Below are positions 8,133 through 18,244 of a stretch of DNA of 64,000 nt, in pieces. The DNA is from an uncultured Gammaproteobacteria bacterium. GTDB lineage: Bacteria > Patescibacteriota > Microgenomatia > PFEM01 > DATLAM01. The stretch's first letter is position 1, and each line of letters begins with the position of its first letter. Where the stretch lies: assembly GCA_964566925.1 (NCBI GenBank), contig CAZMIZ010000001.1, forward strand, positions 219,968 to 283,967, in the 5' to 3' direction. The notes beneath the pieces were generated by a model, which was given only the letters and a program-made list of their open reading frames with translations, had not been told where the DNA came from and did no database searches. A program made the translations under genes and the position numbers.

Positions 8133-8612
8133 ATGACTGACAAAAACCAAAACCAAGAATGCTGTCCAAAATTTGATCCTAAGCCCTGGGACGGCAAGGT
8201 CTTTGAATGGAAGAATAAGAAGTTTATTAAAGATAAAGTTTTTACTTTCTTTTACATACCGATAAATTTTGGCGCAGTGGTTAAAAGAATGATGGCTAAA
8301 ATTGAGGGGGCCGGGGCCAAAGCAGAAGATTGGATGAGTTTATCAGACCACACGTCAAAATGGAACATGGATTTATATGTGGCCGTTAACCAAAAAATTC
8401 CAGGCGCAGAAAATGTTATTTTTAATGGTAAGTTTTTAAGTAAAGTTTATGAAGGCGACTTTAAAGAAACAGGCAAATGGTGTAAGGATTTTGAAAGTTT
8501 TGCTAAAGGGAAAGGGTTTAAAGTCAAAAAATGGTATATGTGGTATACCACTTGCCCGAAATGCGCCAAAAAGTACGGCAAGAATTACGTGGTGATTATT
8601 GCCAAGGTATAA
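8133..8612 (+). CDS. Hypothetical protein (Cys-containing, CCPKF...CPKC)
   Basis: 159-aa ORF with good RBS aggagg. Confidence 0.5.
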   Translation: MTDKNQNQECCPKFDPKPWDGKVFEWKNKKFIKDKVFTFFYIPINFGAVVKRMMAKIEGAGAKAEDWMSLSDHTSKWNMDLYVAVNQKIPGAENVIFNGKFLSKVYEGDFKETGKWCKDFESFAKGKGFKVKKWYMWYTTCPKCAKKYGKNYVVIIAKV

Positions 8613-8695
8613 ATTTATAGGGGAAGATTAATAAAAAATGGCACTTAGCAAATCAACCTGCTTTATAAAAAACTAATTCAAACTAGAATAACCAT

Positions 8696-9100
8696 ATGTG
8701 GACGTGTCCTAAGTGTGGCCGAATTTTCAGAAGCGCAAATCAACCTCATAGTTGCCAAAAAATTCCTCTGGAAAAGCATTTTAAGAATAAAGAAAAGGCA
8801 AAAGAGCTTTTTAACTATTTAGTGGAGCAAATCAAAAGCAAGATAGGTGAATGTAAAATAATTTCCATCCCTTGTTGCGTTCATTTGTTTGGAAAATATG
8901 ATTTTTTAGCCGCCTTACCAAAGAAAGATAGGCTGGAGATAAGATTTGCGCTAGATCGGAAACTGGACAGTCCGAGATTAAAGCAAAGCGTCCAAATGTC
9001 CTCTAAGGTCTTCAAAAACTGTTTTGACATAAGCTCCAAAGAAGAATTTGACAACGAGTTTCTTGGCTGGTTGAAAAAATCCTATCATCTTAAGGATTGA
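8696..9100 (+). CDS. Hypothetical protein with N-terminal zinc-ribbon (CPKCG...HSC)
   Basis: 134-aa ORF. Confidence 0.5.
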   Translation: MWTCPKCGRIFRSANQPHSCQKIPLEKHFKNKEKAKELFNYLVEQIKSKIGECKIISIPCCVHLFGKYDFLAALPKKDRLEIRFALDRKLDSPRLKQSVQMSSKVFKNCFDISSKEEFDNEFLGWLKKSYHLKD

Positions 9101-9134
9101 ATGGAAAAACCGAGCTTTTTGGTATAATCTCAGT

Positions 9135-9701
9135 ATGAAAACGATCTATATCATCCATGGCTGGACGGGTACACCTCAAAATGATTGGCTTCCTTGGTTA
9201 AAGAAAGAATTGGAAAAAAGAAACTGGAAAGTGGTAGTTCCCGAGATGCCCAACACCGATGCACCGGCGATAGAGGAGTGGATTAGCCATTTACAAAAGG
9301 TGGTTAAGGAACTTGATCAGAATGTTTTTTTTGTTGGCCACAGTATTGGTTGCCAGGCAGTTATGAGATATCTATTGACTCAAGACAAACCAAAGGTTGG
9401 CGGCCTGGTGTGTGTGGCCGGATGGTTCACCTTAAAAAATTTAGAAAGCGAAGAAGAACAAGTTGCCAAACCATGGCTGGAAAAACCGATTGATTTTAAA
9501 AGAGTCAAAAAAGCAATTAAAAAGATTATTGCCATTTTTTCGGATAACGATCCCTGGGTGCCCTTTACTGAAAATACCAGTCTTTTTAAGAAGCGGTTAG
9601 GGGCTAAAATTATCAAACTTCATCATAAAGGCCATTTTTCTCAGGATGACGGGATAACTAAAGAAGCGGCGATTCTTCAAGCAACATTAGACCTCGTGTA
9701 G
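9135..9701 (+). CDS. Alpha/beta hydrolase, YdeN/RBBP9 serine hydrolase family
   Basis: IYIIHGW ... GHSIGC nucleophile elbow. Confidence 0.7.
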   Translation: MKTIYIIHGWTGTPQNDWLPWLKKELEKRNWKVVVPEMPNTDAPAIEEWISHLQKVVKELDQNVFFVGHSIGCQAVMRYLLTQDKPKVGGLVCVAGWFTLKNLESEEEQVAKPWLEKPIDFKRVKKAIKKIIAIFSDNDPWVPFTENTSLFKKRLGAKIIKLHHKGHFSQDDGITKEAAILQATLDLV

Positions 9702-10188
9702 GTTCTCATCTTCCTCCAGGATAGGTGGTGCCTGCGGTAGCAATACAGCCTAAATTGCCCCTTGTATATAAATATTTAAAATGTAAACTCCTCCTTAATG
9801 TTTATGTTTCAGGCCTTTGTTATCTTTTTATTTTTACTTTTATTTTCCTTGCTGGTTGCCACCCTGTTTAGGAAATTTAATAAAGATTTAAGAATTTCAT
9901 TACTTTTCATTATTCCTCTGGCTGTTTTTAGTTTGGGTTTTGCTTTTAGATTGACGGCAAAGCCTGTGGTCGTAGATTTAGGTTTTTTCCTAACGGACTT
10001 TTCTGAATTATTTGTTTCTATTCTGTTTGCAGTTTGCCTTATTCTTGGCCAAATCAGATATTGGAAGATAAAATGAGTTTCGACCTCATTCCTGTCTGCC
10101 TGGCGGCAGACATAAGGCGGATCTAAGCCCCTTCTGGTCTAGCCAAGATTTGCCAGAGAGGAGGTTTTTGTTATAATTAATCTCAATT

Positions 10189-10464
10189 ATGAAACCAAAA
10201 ATTCGGGGCTTAATCAGTTTAGGCTTGTTGATTTTTTGGGGAATTTCGGCGCTTAGCGGGTTTATTCTTTATTTAGCCCCTTCCGGACCAAGATCTGGCA
10301 GAGCCATTCTTCCTTTTGATTTTACAAAGCAGGAATGGTCAACAGTGCACACCTGGGTGAGCTTTTTGGCTTTAGGGATTACCTTATTGCACATCATCGT
10401 TGATTGGCAAATTCTAGTGGCGGTGATTAAGTATCTGGTCAAAGGCAAACCAGCTTCAAAATAG
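10189..10464 (+). CDS. Small membrane protein (DUF4405-like)
   Basis: 91 aa, 3 TM. Confidence 0.45.
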   Translation: MKPKIRGLISLGLLIFWGISALSGFILYLAPSGPRSGRAILPFDFTKQEWSTVHTWVSFLALGITLLHIIVDWQILVAVIKYLVKGKPASK

Positions 10465-10836
10465 ATGACCAAAAAAGATTTTCGTGTTTGGGCAGAGAAA
10501 TTTCTGAAAGCCTGGGCCGATTTAAACCCGGAAGGAGCTCTAGTCGTATTAAGTAAAGACGTAGAGTATCATGAATCTCCTTTCTCTGGGCCATGTAAAT
10601 CCTGGCAGGAAGTAGAAGGGTTATGGAAAGTAATTTCCCACAACCAAAAGGACATTACTTATAAACACGATGTTCTTATGGTCGAAGGCGATTTGGGTTT
10701 AATCCACTGGAACGTTAAGCGGACGACCTTACCAGAAGGCAAACATCAAGAGTTTGATGGCGTCTTTTTGGTTCGGCTCAACCAAAAGGGGCGATGCATC
10801 ATGTTTAAGCAGTGGCGGATGATAAAAAAGAGTTAG
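10465..10836 (+). CDS. NTF2/SnoaL-like fold protein
   Basis: 123 aa; by-eye similarity. Confidence 0.45.
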   Translation: MTKKDFRVWAEKFLKAWADLNPEGALVVLSKDVEYHESPFSGPCKSWQEVEGLWKVISHNQKDITYKHDVLMVEGDLGLIHWNVKRTTLPEGKHQEFDGVFLVRLNQKGRCIMFKQWRMIKKS

Positions 10837-10857
10837 ATTCAATGATTTCTTCTAAAG

Positions 10858-11586
10858 ATGAAGAAACTGAAAAAGTCTTTCCTGATTTTAGCGATTGTTG
10901 GTCTTGTTTTCCTCCTCTGTGGGTATTTTCTTTTTCAACTGAGTAAATCCCGGTCATTTCAATTTTTCGGCGGCTTGATTCAGCGAGTGGATACTGACCA
11001 AAAGGTGGTGGCTCTAACCTTTGATGATGCCCCCGTTCCTTATAGTGATGATGTTTTGGAAATCTTGGCTGAAAGGGATGTTAAAGCCACTTTTTTCGTT
11101 ATCGGCCAGGCTCTAGAAAAATTTCCTCAAGAAGGTAAAAACATTGTCCAGGCCGGCCACGAGCTGGGTAATCATTCTTATTCTCATCAGAGGTTTATTC
11201 TTAAATCACAATCCTTTATTGATGCCGAGATCCAAAAAACCAATAGTTTAATCAGAGACACGGGGTATGAGGGGGAGATTACCTTCCGTCCTACTTACAG
11301 CAAAAAACTAGTCGGTTTACCTTGGTATCTTCATCAGCACAACATTAAAACAATTACGTGGGATGTGGAACCAGACACTTATGCGGATCACTTGGAGGAG
11401 GGGGAGTCAAAAACTGAATTTCTGGTTAGTTATACGCTCGAACACACCAGGCCTGGTTCGATTATCTTGCTTCATCCCTTCTGCGAATCTTGCGTGAGTG
11501 ACAGACAGGCAATCGGCAAAATTATAGACGAGCTTCAAGCGAGAGACTATAACTTCGTCACTATCTCGGAGCTATTGAAAAGCTGA
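10858..11586 (+). CDS. Polysaccharide deacetylase (NodB homology domain)
   Basis: TFDDAP ... HELGNHSYSH motifs; N-terminal TM. Confidence 0.8.
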   Translation: MKKLKKSFLILAIVGLVFLLCGYFLFQLSKSRSFQFFGGLIQRVDTDQKVVALTFDDAPVPYSDDVLEILAERDVKATFFVIGQALEKFPQEGKNIVQAGHELGNHSYSHQRFILKSQSFIDAEIQKTNSLIRDTGYEGEITFRPTYSKKLVGLPWYLHQHNIKTITWDVEPDTYADHLEEGESKTEFLVSYTLEHTRPGSIILLHPFCESCVSDRQAIGKIIDELQARDYNFVTISELLKS

Positions 11587-11631
11587 TTTCAAGCCTTATT
11601 AAATCTTTCAATTTAAGGTAAAATAGAAAAG

Positions 11632-12105
11632 GTGATGAAACGGATTTTCAGTTTGATTTTAGCAATTTTAATTTGCCAGGCAGCCGGCCTGATTGGTTCA
11701 ATTTTTACGGCCCCGGCGATTCCCGCCTGGTATGCCGGACTGGCAAAACCAAGTTTTAGCCCGCCCAATTGGCTTTTTGCTCCTGTTTGGCTGATTCTTT
11801 ACACCCTGATGGGAGTGGCCGCTTATTTGATTTGGGAGAAGGGGATTGGCAAGAAAAAAGTCAAGACGGCGCTGACTATTTTTACTATCCAATTAGTTCT
11901 TAATTCTTTTTGGTCAATTATCTTTTTTGGTTGGCGCTTGCCCCAATACGCTTTTTTGGAAATTATCGTCCTCTGGTTTTTTATTTTGTTAACCCTTTTG
12001 AATTTTTACAAAATTTCAAGAACGGCTGGCCTCCTACTAGTGCCTTACCTCTTCTGGGTCAGCTTTGCGGCCCTTCTTAATTATTCGATTTTTAAGCTTA
12101 ATTAA
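11632..12105 (+). CDS. tspO: TspO/MBR tryptophan-rich sensory protein
   Basis: 5-TM 157-aa protein, W-rich, PPNWLFAPVW motif. Confidence 0.75.
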   Translation: MMKRIFSLILAILICQAAGLIGSIFTAPAIPAWYAGLAKPSFSPPNWLFAPVWLILYTLMGVAAYLIWEKGIGKKKVKTALTIFTIQLVLNSFWSIIFFGWRLPQYAFLEIIVLWFFILLTLLNFYKISRTAGLLLVPYLFWVSFAALLNYSIFKLN

Positions 12106-12120
12106 ACTTTTTAATTTACC

Positions 12121-12450
12121 ATGAGGGTTTGGGATCTTCCACCAGCGCCTTTTTGTAAAAACCATCTTTTAGGCGAACACGCCGAGATCCACGCTATTTG
12201 GTCAATTATTACGCAAGGAAAAGAAGGCTATAGCCGCCATCCCGAAGTTGGGCGTTGGCGCGGCAAACTCAAGGCGCTTTACTCAAGACACCATCAGCTG
12301 GCAATGGAATTAGAAAAAAGAGGTTATTCTCATCAGAGCCCGCTTGATATTGAACTGGCCAAAGGAAAGGCGGCTCAAGACAAATTGATTGATTCTCTTC
12401 AAAAACAAAAGGAAATTCTTAAAAATAAAAAATGTGGCTGTCGGGTTTAA
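12121..12450 (+). CDS. Pyrimidine-dimer DNA glycosylase (DenV/endonuclease V)-like protein
   Basis: MRVWDL...NHLLGEHAE N-terminus resembling the DenV family. Confidence 0.45.
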   Translation: MRVWDLPPAPFCKNHLLGEHAEIHAIWSIITQGKEGYSRHPEVGRWRGKLKALYSRHHQLAMELEKRGYSHQSPLDIELAKGKAAQDKLIDSLQKQKEILKNKKCGCRV

Positions 12451-12456
12451 TGATGT

Positions 12457-12915
12457 TTATTCAATTTTCTTAATTCTTCCTGAAAAAGTCGTTGTTTGCC
12501 CTTCTCTTTCTAGCTGATAAGAAAATTTTTCGCCTTCTTTTTTGCCTAGGATGGCTTTGCCCAGAGGTGAGTCTGGGGTTAAAAGCTGGATACCACTGAG
12601 GTTAGCTGGCCGGTTGACCAAATAAAAATAATCCTCCCCGTTTTCGTCTTCAAGGTTGATAAAAGAAACCGGCTGAGCGATTTTAACGATTTCCTCTGAA
12701 GCCGCTTCGATCTCTTTTTTTAAGGCCATTAAATTGGCCAAGGACTCTTGGGTGATCCGATCAGCCTCTTCAAAATAGCGGCGGTCGCCTTGCATTGATC
12801 GAGAAAAACCCTTGGCTCTTTTAGCGGCGGTCGCGCTTTTTTCCGCCAAGACCCTGACTCTCTCTATTTCTTGATTGAGTTTTTCTAAAAGTTCACTTTT
12901 TCTTGTTTTGTTCAT
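12457..12915 (-). CDS. greA: Transcription elongation factor GreA
   Basis: C-terminal SPLGKAILGKKEGEKF FKBP-like domain. Confidence 0.8.
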   Translation of the reverse strand: MNKTRKSELLEKLNQEIERVRVLAEKSATAAKRAKGFSRSMQGDRRYFEEADRITQESLANLMALKKEIEAASEEIVKIAQPVSFINLEDENGEDYFYLVNRPANLSGIQLLTPDSPLGKAILGKKEGEKFSYQLEREGQTTTFSGRIKKIE

Positions 12916-12987
12916 AATGATTATTTTACAACATTAAGAGAAATGCCTCTTGACAACCCTTAACATATAGATTAATATCTATACATT

Positions 12988-13251
12988 ATGAAGCTATCTT
13001 CGGCTTGTGCTGGTTGCTTTGCCGGGCTCTCTTGCCAAGCCCGAATCGAGATTATTAACCTTTTACAAGAAAAAGGTGAAATGAGCGTGATGGAAATCGC
13101 CAAGCATTTTAAACTTAAGCAGCCCACGATTACCCACCATCTCCAATATTTGAAAGAGGCCGGGGTTTTAGCTTCCAAGAAAAAAGGGAGAAAGGTCTAT
13201 TACTTCATCACCGACAAATGTAAAAAGGGAGAATGCGGAATCTTCGGATGA
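12988..13251 (+). CDS. ArsR-family HTH transcriptional regulator
   Basis: MEIAKHFKLKQPTITHHLQYLKEAGVL. Confidence 0.7.
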   Translation: MKLSSACAGCFAGLSCQARIEIINLLQEKGEMSVMEIAKHFKLKQPTITHHLQYLKEAGVLASKKKGRKVYYFITDKCKKGECGIFG

Positions 13252-14441
13252 AAACAATCTATCTTGACTACGCGGCGACCACCCCGATTAATCCCCAGGT
13301 TTTGCGGGCAATGATGCCCTATTTAAAAGAGAAGTTCGGTAACCCTTCCTCGGTTCACTTTTGGGGTCAGGAAGCGAGAAAGGCAATTGACCAGGCCAGG
13401 GAAAAGGTAGCCAAGGTTTTAGGCTGCCATCCTTCGGAAGTTTATTTCACCGGGACGACAACCACTAGCGATAATTTAGCCATCCAAGGCATGGCTCGAG
13501 CTGCCCAAAAAGCAGGCCATGGCAACCATTTAATTACTTCTGCGATTGAACATCATGGGGTTTTGGATGTTTGTCGGGCTTTAGAAAAAGAGGGTTTTAA
13601 ATTAACTGTTTTACCGGTTGACCGCTTCGGCTTAGTTGATCCTAGGGCGGTGGGAAAAGCGATTAATAAGAAAACCATTCTGGTTTCTGTCATGTATGCC
13701 AATAATGAGGTCGGCACTATCCAGCCAATTAAAGAAATAAGCACTAGGGTTAAGGCACTAGGCACTAGGTTTGGGAGGAAAATCCCCTTCCATACTGATG
13801 CGGCGGCCACTGCTGATTACTTAGATCTTAAGGTTAAAAAGCTAGGGGTTGACCTGATGACCCTTGGTGGTCATAAATTCGGCGGTCCCAAAGGCGTGGG
13901 CGTCCTTTACCTTAGAAGGGGAGTAAGGATTAAGCCTTTAACTTATGGTGGTCATCATGAAAGGGGTCTTTGGCCCGGGACAGAAGCAACGCCCCTGATC
14001 GTCGGTTTAGCCAAAGCTTTAGAAATTGCCGCCCAAGAAAAGAAAGCGGCGGTTAAAAAAGTGACCCAGCTGAGGGATCGCTTAACTAAAGGAATTTTAA
14101 CCAAAATTCCTGGCTCTCAATTAACCGGTCATCCGCTCAAGAGATTGCCGGATGTTGCTTCTTTTGTGATTAGAGGCGTTGAAGGCGAGGCAATGCTCTT
14201 ACATCTGTCTGATCAAGGGATTGCTGCCTCTTCAGGCAGTGCTTGCACTTCCGGGGTTTTAAAACCCAGTCATGTTTTAACTGCCATGGGAATCCCGCCA
14301 GAATTGGCTCATGGTTCTCTTCGTTTTTCTCTAGGTAAAACAACCACCCCAGAAGAAATTGATTATGTGGTCAAGATTTTGCCGATGATTGTTAAAAAGT
14401 TAAGAAAAATGGCGCCAAAATTAAAGGAGGAAAATGGCTAG
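13248..14441 (+). CDS. iscS: Cysteine desulfurase IscS/NifS
   Basis: IYLDYAATTP ... SAIEHH ... GHKFGGPKGVG (PLP Lys) ... SGSACTS. Confidence 0.9.
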   Translation: MKTIYLDYAATTPINPQVLRAMMPYLKEKFGNPSSVHFWGQEARKAIDQAREKVAKVLGCHPSEVYFTGTTTTSDNLAIQGMARAAQKAGHGNHLITSAIEHHGVLDVCRALEKEGFKLTVLPVDRFGLVDPRAVGKAINKKTILVSVMYANNEVGTIQPIKEISTRVKALGTRFGRKIPFHTDAAATADYLDLKVKKLGVDLMTLGGHKFGGPKGVGVLYLRRGVRIKPLTYGGHHERGLWPGTEATPLIVGLAKALEIAAQEKKAAVKKVTQLRDRLTKGILTKIPGSQLTGHPLKRLPDVASFVIRGVEGEAMLLHLSDQGIAASSGSACTSGVLKPSHVLTAMGIPPELAHGSLRFSLGKTTTPEEIDYVVKILPMIVKKLRKMAPKLKEENG

Positions 14442-14817
14442 TCAAATTTATTCCCCAAAAGTAATGGATCATTTTCGTCATCCCCGGAATATGGGGGAAA
14501 TCAAAAACCCTGATAGTATGGCTCAGGTGGGTAATCCTGTTTGTGGTGACGTCATGCGCCTTTTTATTAAAGTCAAGAATAACAAAATTTCGGAGATTAA
14601 GTTCCAAACTTTAGGTTGTGGGGCGGCGATTGCTACCTCGAGCATGTTGACCACCATGGTTAAAGGCCGCTCTCTTAAAGAAGCGCTCAAGATTAGCAAA
14701 AAGGCGATTGCCGAGGCTTTAGGCGGTTTACCTCCAGAAAAGCTTCACTGTTCTGTTTTGGCTGCCGATGCCTTAAAAAAGGCAATCGAGAATTACCAAA
14801 AGAAAAATCGGGTTTGA
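14434..14817 (+). CDS. iscU: Fe-S cluster scaffold IscU/NifU
   Basis: NPVCGD ... LGCGAAIA ... HCSVLA. Confidence 0.9.
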   Translation: MASQIYSPKVMDHFRHPRNMGEIKNPDSMAQVGNPVCGDVMRLFIKVKNNKISEIKFQTLGCGAAIATSSMLTTMVKGRSLKEALKISKKAIAEALGGLPPEKLHCSVLAADALKKAIENYQKKNRV

Positions 14818-14851
14818 ATTTTCATTCAGGGTTGGCTAAGATAGAAAGTTA

Positions 14852-16567
14852 ATGAGTCAGTTCAATTTTAAAATTGGCGGCGAGGCTGGGTTTGGAATCA
14901 TGGTGACCGGCCTGATTTTTTCTAAAACCGCTACCCGTTCTGGTTATCATATTTTTGATTACACCGAATATCCCTCTTTGATTCGGGGAGGCCACAATAC
15001 TTACCAGGTAACCGTGGGTAAGGATGAGGTTGGGGCTTCACCCAACCAAGTTGACCTTTTGATTGCCTTAAACCAAAGAGCCAGCGAACTTCACGCCAAA
15101 GAACTGACTGCTAATTCGGGAATTATTTTTGACAACAAGGAATTTGCTCTTAAAGGGTTGATTTTAAGGCGAGCCAAGAAACTTTACCCGGTTCCTTTAA
15201 TGCTTTTAGCTAAGAAAGCCGGCGGGACCGAGCTGATGCGTAATACAGTCGCTTTAGGGGCTGCTTTGGCCTTATTAGGTGGTGATCTGGCGGTTTTAAA
15301 AGGGGTGATTAAGGATATCTTCGCTGATAAAAAAGAGGAGATTGTGAAAGTCAATCTTAAGGCGGCCTCATTAGGTTTTGATTATGCCAAGGACAGCTTT
15401 CAACCTTGGGGAAAAGTTTTAACCAAAAGGAAAACAGAAAAAAAACTGGTTTTAACTGGTAACGAAGCCGTTTCTTTAGGAGCGATTGCCGGAGGCTTGA
15501 AATTTTTCGCTGCTTACCCGATGACCCCCGCCTCTTCAATTTTACATATTTTAGCCGCTAAAGCTAAAGAATATGGTTTGGTGGTTAAACATGCCGAAGA
15601 CGAAATTTCGGTCATCAATCTGGCCATCGGGGCCGCTTTGGCCGGGGCCAGGAGCATGGTGGCAACCTCGGGTGGCGGTTTTTCGCTGATGACCGAAGGT
15701 CTGGGCCTAGCCGGGATAACTGAAACTGGGGTAGTTATCGTTAATGCCCAGCGGCCAGGACCGGCCACCGGTGTGCCGACCTGGACCGAACAAGGCGACT
15801 TGCGTTTCATGCTCCACGCGGCTCAAGGCGAATTTCCGCGTATTGTTTTGGCGCCTGGCGACGTCACCGAAGCCTTTTATTTAACCACCCAGGCTTTAAA
15901 TTTAGCGGAAAAATACCAAACCCCAGTGATTATTCTGATTGACAAGTTTTTATCAGAAAGTCACCAAAGCGTTCTTCCTTTTGAAGCTGGGAAAATTAAA
16001 ATTGAAAGAGGGAAATTAATCACTGGTAAAAAGAACTACCGGCGCTACCAGTGGAGTGCTGACGGCGTTTCGCCTCGAACTCTCCCTGGTGAGGAAGAGA
16101 GCTTAAGTTTGGTTAACAGCTATGAACATGATCAGTTTGGTTATGCCACTGAAGAGGGAGGAATGCGAATCAAGATGGTGGAAAAAAGGGCTCAGAAACT
16201 CAAAACTGCTTTGGCGGATCTTCCCGAGCCTCAGCTTTATGGCCCAGAGGAAGCGAGAATTACTTTAGTGGGTTGGGGTTCAACCAAAGGCCCAATTAGA
16301 GAGGCAATTAAAAGTCTAGGCCAAAAGTTTAAAGTTAATCATCTCCATCTTAATTGGCTTTTACCTTTGCCAAACGAAGCAATCAGTCAGACCCTTAACC
16401 AGGCTCCGAAAACCCTTATCATCGAAAATAATCATGATGCCCAGCTAGCGGGTTGGCTCAGAGAGCAAACAGGAGTCGAAATTAAAAACAAACTGCTCAA
16501 GTATGATGGCCGTCCTTTTTATCCTGAAGAGATTGTTAAAAAAGTGAAGGATCTTTATGAAAGCTGA
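14852..16567 (+). CDS. 2-oxoacid:ferredoxin oxidoreductase, fused gamma-alpha subunit
   Basis: N-terminal gamma-type domain then alpha domain (AAYPMTPAS, GGGFSLMTEGL). Confidence 0.85.
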   Translation: MSQFNFKIGGEAGFGIMVTGLIFSKTATRSGYHIFDYTEYPSLIRGGHNTYQVTVGKDEVGASPNQVDLLIALNQRASELHAKELTANSGIIFDNKEFALKGLILRRAKKLYPVPLMLLAKKAGGTELMRNTVALGAALALLGGDLAVLKGVIKDIFADKKEEIVKVNLKAASLGFDYAKDSFQPWGKVLTKRKTEKKLVLTGNEAVSLGAIAGGLKFFAAYPMTPASSILHILAAKAKEYGLVVKHAEDEISVINLAIGAALAGARSMVATSGGGFSLMTEGLGLAGITETGVVIVNAQRPGPATGVPTWTEQGDLRFMLHAAQGEFPRIVLAPGDVTEAFYLTTQALNLAEKYQTPVIILIDKFLSESHQSVLPFEAGKIKIERGKLITGKKNYRRYQWSADGVSPRTLPGEEESLSLVNSYEHDQFGYATEEGGMRIKMVEKRAQKLKTALADLPEPQLYGPEEARITLVGWGSTKGPIREAIKSLGQKFKVNHLHLNWLLPLPNEAISQTLNQAPKTLIIENNHDAQLAGWLREQTGVEIKNKLLKYDGRPFYPEEIVKKVKDLYES

Positions 16568-17402
16568 AGAATTTATTACTGCCAATAAACCGACTTGGTG
16601 TCCTGGTTGTGGTAACCACACGATTTGGTTGGCTCTTAGAGGGGCCTTAGCTCAACTAAAGATCGCTCCCCATGAAGTAGTTTTAGTTTATGGTATTGGC
16701 TGTTCAGGCAATATGGCCGACTTTATCAAAGCTAACGGCTTTCATGCTCTTCATGGCAGAGGATTACCGGTGGCGGCCGGTATTAAGTTAGCCAATCATC
16801 GGCTTCAGGTGGTCGCTGTTCTTGGGGATGGTGATTGTTATGGGGAGGGGATGAATCATTTGATTTCTGCTAGTCGAGCAAATTTTGATCTTACTTGTTT
16901 GGTTCATAATAATATGGTTTATGGATTAACTACTGGCCAGGCTTCACCGACCTCCGGTAAAGGCTATCAAAGTAAATCCACGCCTGAAGGGGTGATTGAG
17001 GAAGCGGTTAACCCTCTGGCTTTAGCCATTTCCGCTGGGGCGACCTTTGTTTCCCGAGGTTTTGCGGGCGATGCCTCCCATTTAACCAAGCTCATCAGCA
17101 CCGCCATTAAACATAAAGGTTTTTCCTTGGTGGACATTCTTCAACCATGTGTTACCTTTAATAAAACCAACACTTTTGACTGGTATCGGGAACGAGTTTA
17201 CAAATTGAAAGCGGCGACCAGCGATAAAGTTAAAGCTCTTGAAAGATCGCTTGAATGGGGGGACAAGATTCCGATTGGAATTTTCTACAAAAGTAAAAGG
17301 CCGACTTATAAAGATCAGTTGCCCCAGGTCGGCAAAACGCCCTTAGTAAAACAGCCCTTAGGGAAGATTAACTTAGAGAAGTTGTTTAAAGAATTTGTTT
17401 AA
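16557..17402 (+). CDS. 2-oxoacid:ferredoxin oxidoreductase beta subunit (TPP-binding)
   Basis: WCPGCGN ... GIGCSG ... GDGDCYGEG. Confidence 0.85.
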   Translation: MKAEEFITANKPTWCPGCGNHTIWLALRGALAQLKIAPHEVVLVYGIGCSGNMADFIKANGFHALHGRGLPVAAGIKLANHRLQVVAVLGDGDCYGEGMNHLISASRANFDLTCLVHNNMVYGLTTGQASPTSGKGYQSKSTPEGVIEEAVNPLALAISAGATFVSRGFAGDASHLTKLISTAIKHKGFSLVDILQPCVTFNKTNTFDWYRERVYKLKAATSDKVKALERSLEWGDKIPIGIFYKSKRPTYKDQLPQVGKTPLVKQPLGKINLEKLFKEFV

Positions 17403-17463
17403 ATACTTTAAGAAACGTGTCCTGATTTTTCCTTGCTTGCCCAAAAATGGTAAAATGACTTTG

Positions 17464-17490
17464 CTGCCCTTGGGGGCAGTTTTTCTTTTT
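17464..17490 (+). terminator. Intrinsic terminator after OFOR genes
   Basis: ctgcccttgggggcag + tttttcttttt. Confidence 0.5.
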
Positions 17491-17509
17491 AGGAAGGGGG
17501 TGAAAAGAG

Positions 17510-18004
17510 ATGAAGCGAGAGACAATTATTGGTGCGGCGGTAGTTATCCTTATCCTGGTGGGGGCTTATTATTTCTTTACCCGCTATCAAGGAAGCGAAG
17601 TAGTCCCTTCGCCAGTAGAGAAAACCCCGGTTTCCGAGGAACTAGAAGAAGGATTTGAAACCGGCATGGGGATTGAGGTTCCTGAAGGGGTCGAGAAAAC
17701 GACTCTGGCTGACGTGACCGGCGGAGCTGGTACCGGTATGGCCACCAGAAGATTTGAAGACAATCTTTTTGAACACACGGTGATGGCGGCTCTACCAGAA
17801 CCGGGAACAGGGAAATTCTATGAGGGTTGGTTGGTTAGTGATGGCCAATTTTTCTCAACCGGGAAGCTGGAAGAAATGAAAGGTGGTTGGTACCTTGAGT
17901 TTTCAGCTGACAAGGATTATTCTGATTATAATCGGGTGGTGGTTACTCTTGAGGAAAAGGATGACTCCCAGCCAGAAAAGCACCTTTTAGAAGGGAGTTT
18001 TTAA
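17510..18004 (+). CDS. Hypothetical membrane-anchored/secreted protein
   Basis: 164 aa, N-terminal TM. Confidence 0.5.
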   Translation: MKRETIIGAAVVILILVGAYYFFTRYQGSEVVPSPVEKTPVSEELEEGFETGMGIEVPEGVEKTTLADVTGGAGTGMATRRFEDNLFEHTVMAALPEPGTGKFYEGWLVSDGQFFSTGKLEEMKGGWYLEFSADKDYSDYNRVVVTLEEKDDSQPEKHLLEGSF

Positions 18005-18244
18005 AAAAAAGAATTGAGATTACATTAAAAACTTGACTTGGCAAGAGTTGGTTTTTAGGGTAAGATGGAGGGAGGAAGGGGGTGAGGAAATTGAAATTGA
18101 AGAAGAAAGACTGGAAGCAATTGTCTCAAATCTTGATGGTTGGTGCCGCCCTTTCAGTTCTTGCTGCTGCCTGGGGATTTTTCTACACGGATATCGTTCT
18201 TGCCTCCACTCAATGGCTTTTGGTGGCCGCGGTGATGGCCGCTT

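Noticed and set aside
17445-17453. TGGTAAAAT extended -10 just upstream of the OFOR terminator
   Set aside because: Would fire directly into the terminator hairpin; more likely coincidental AT-rich sequence
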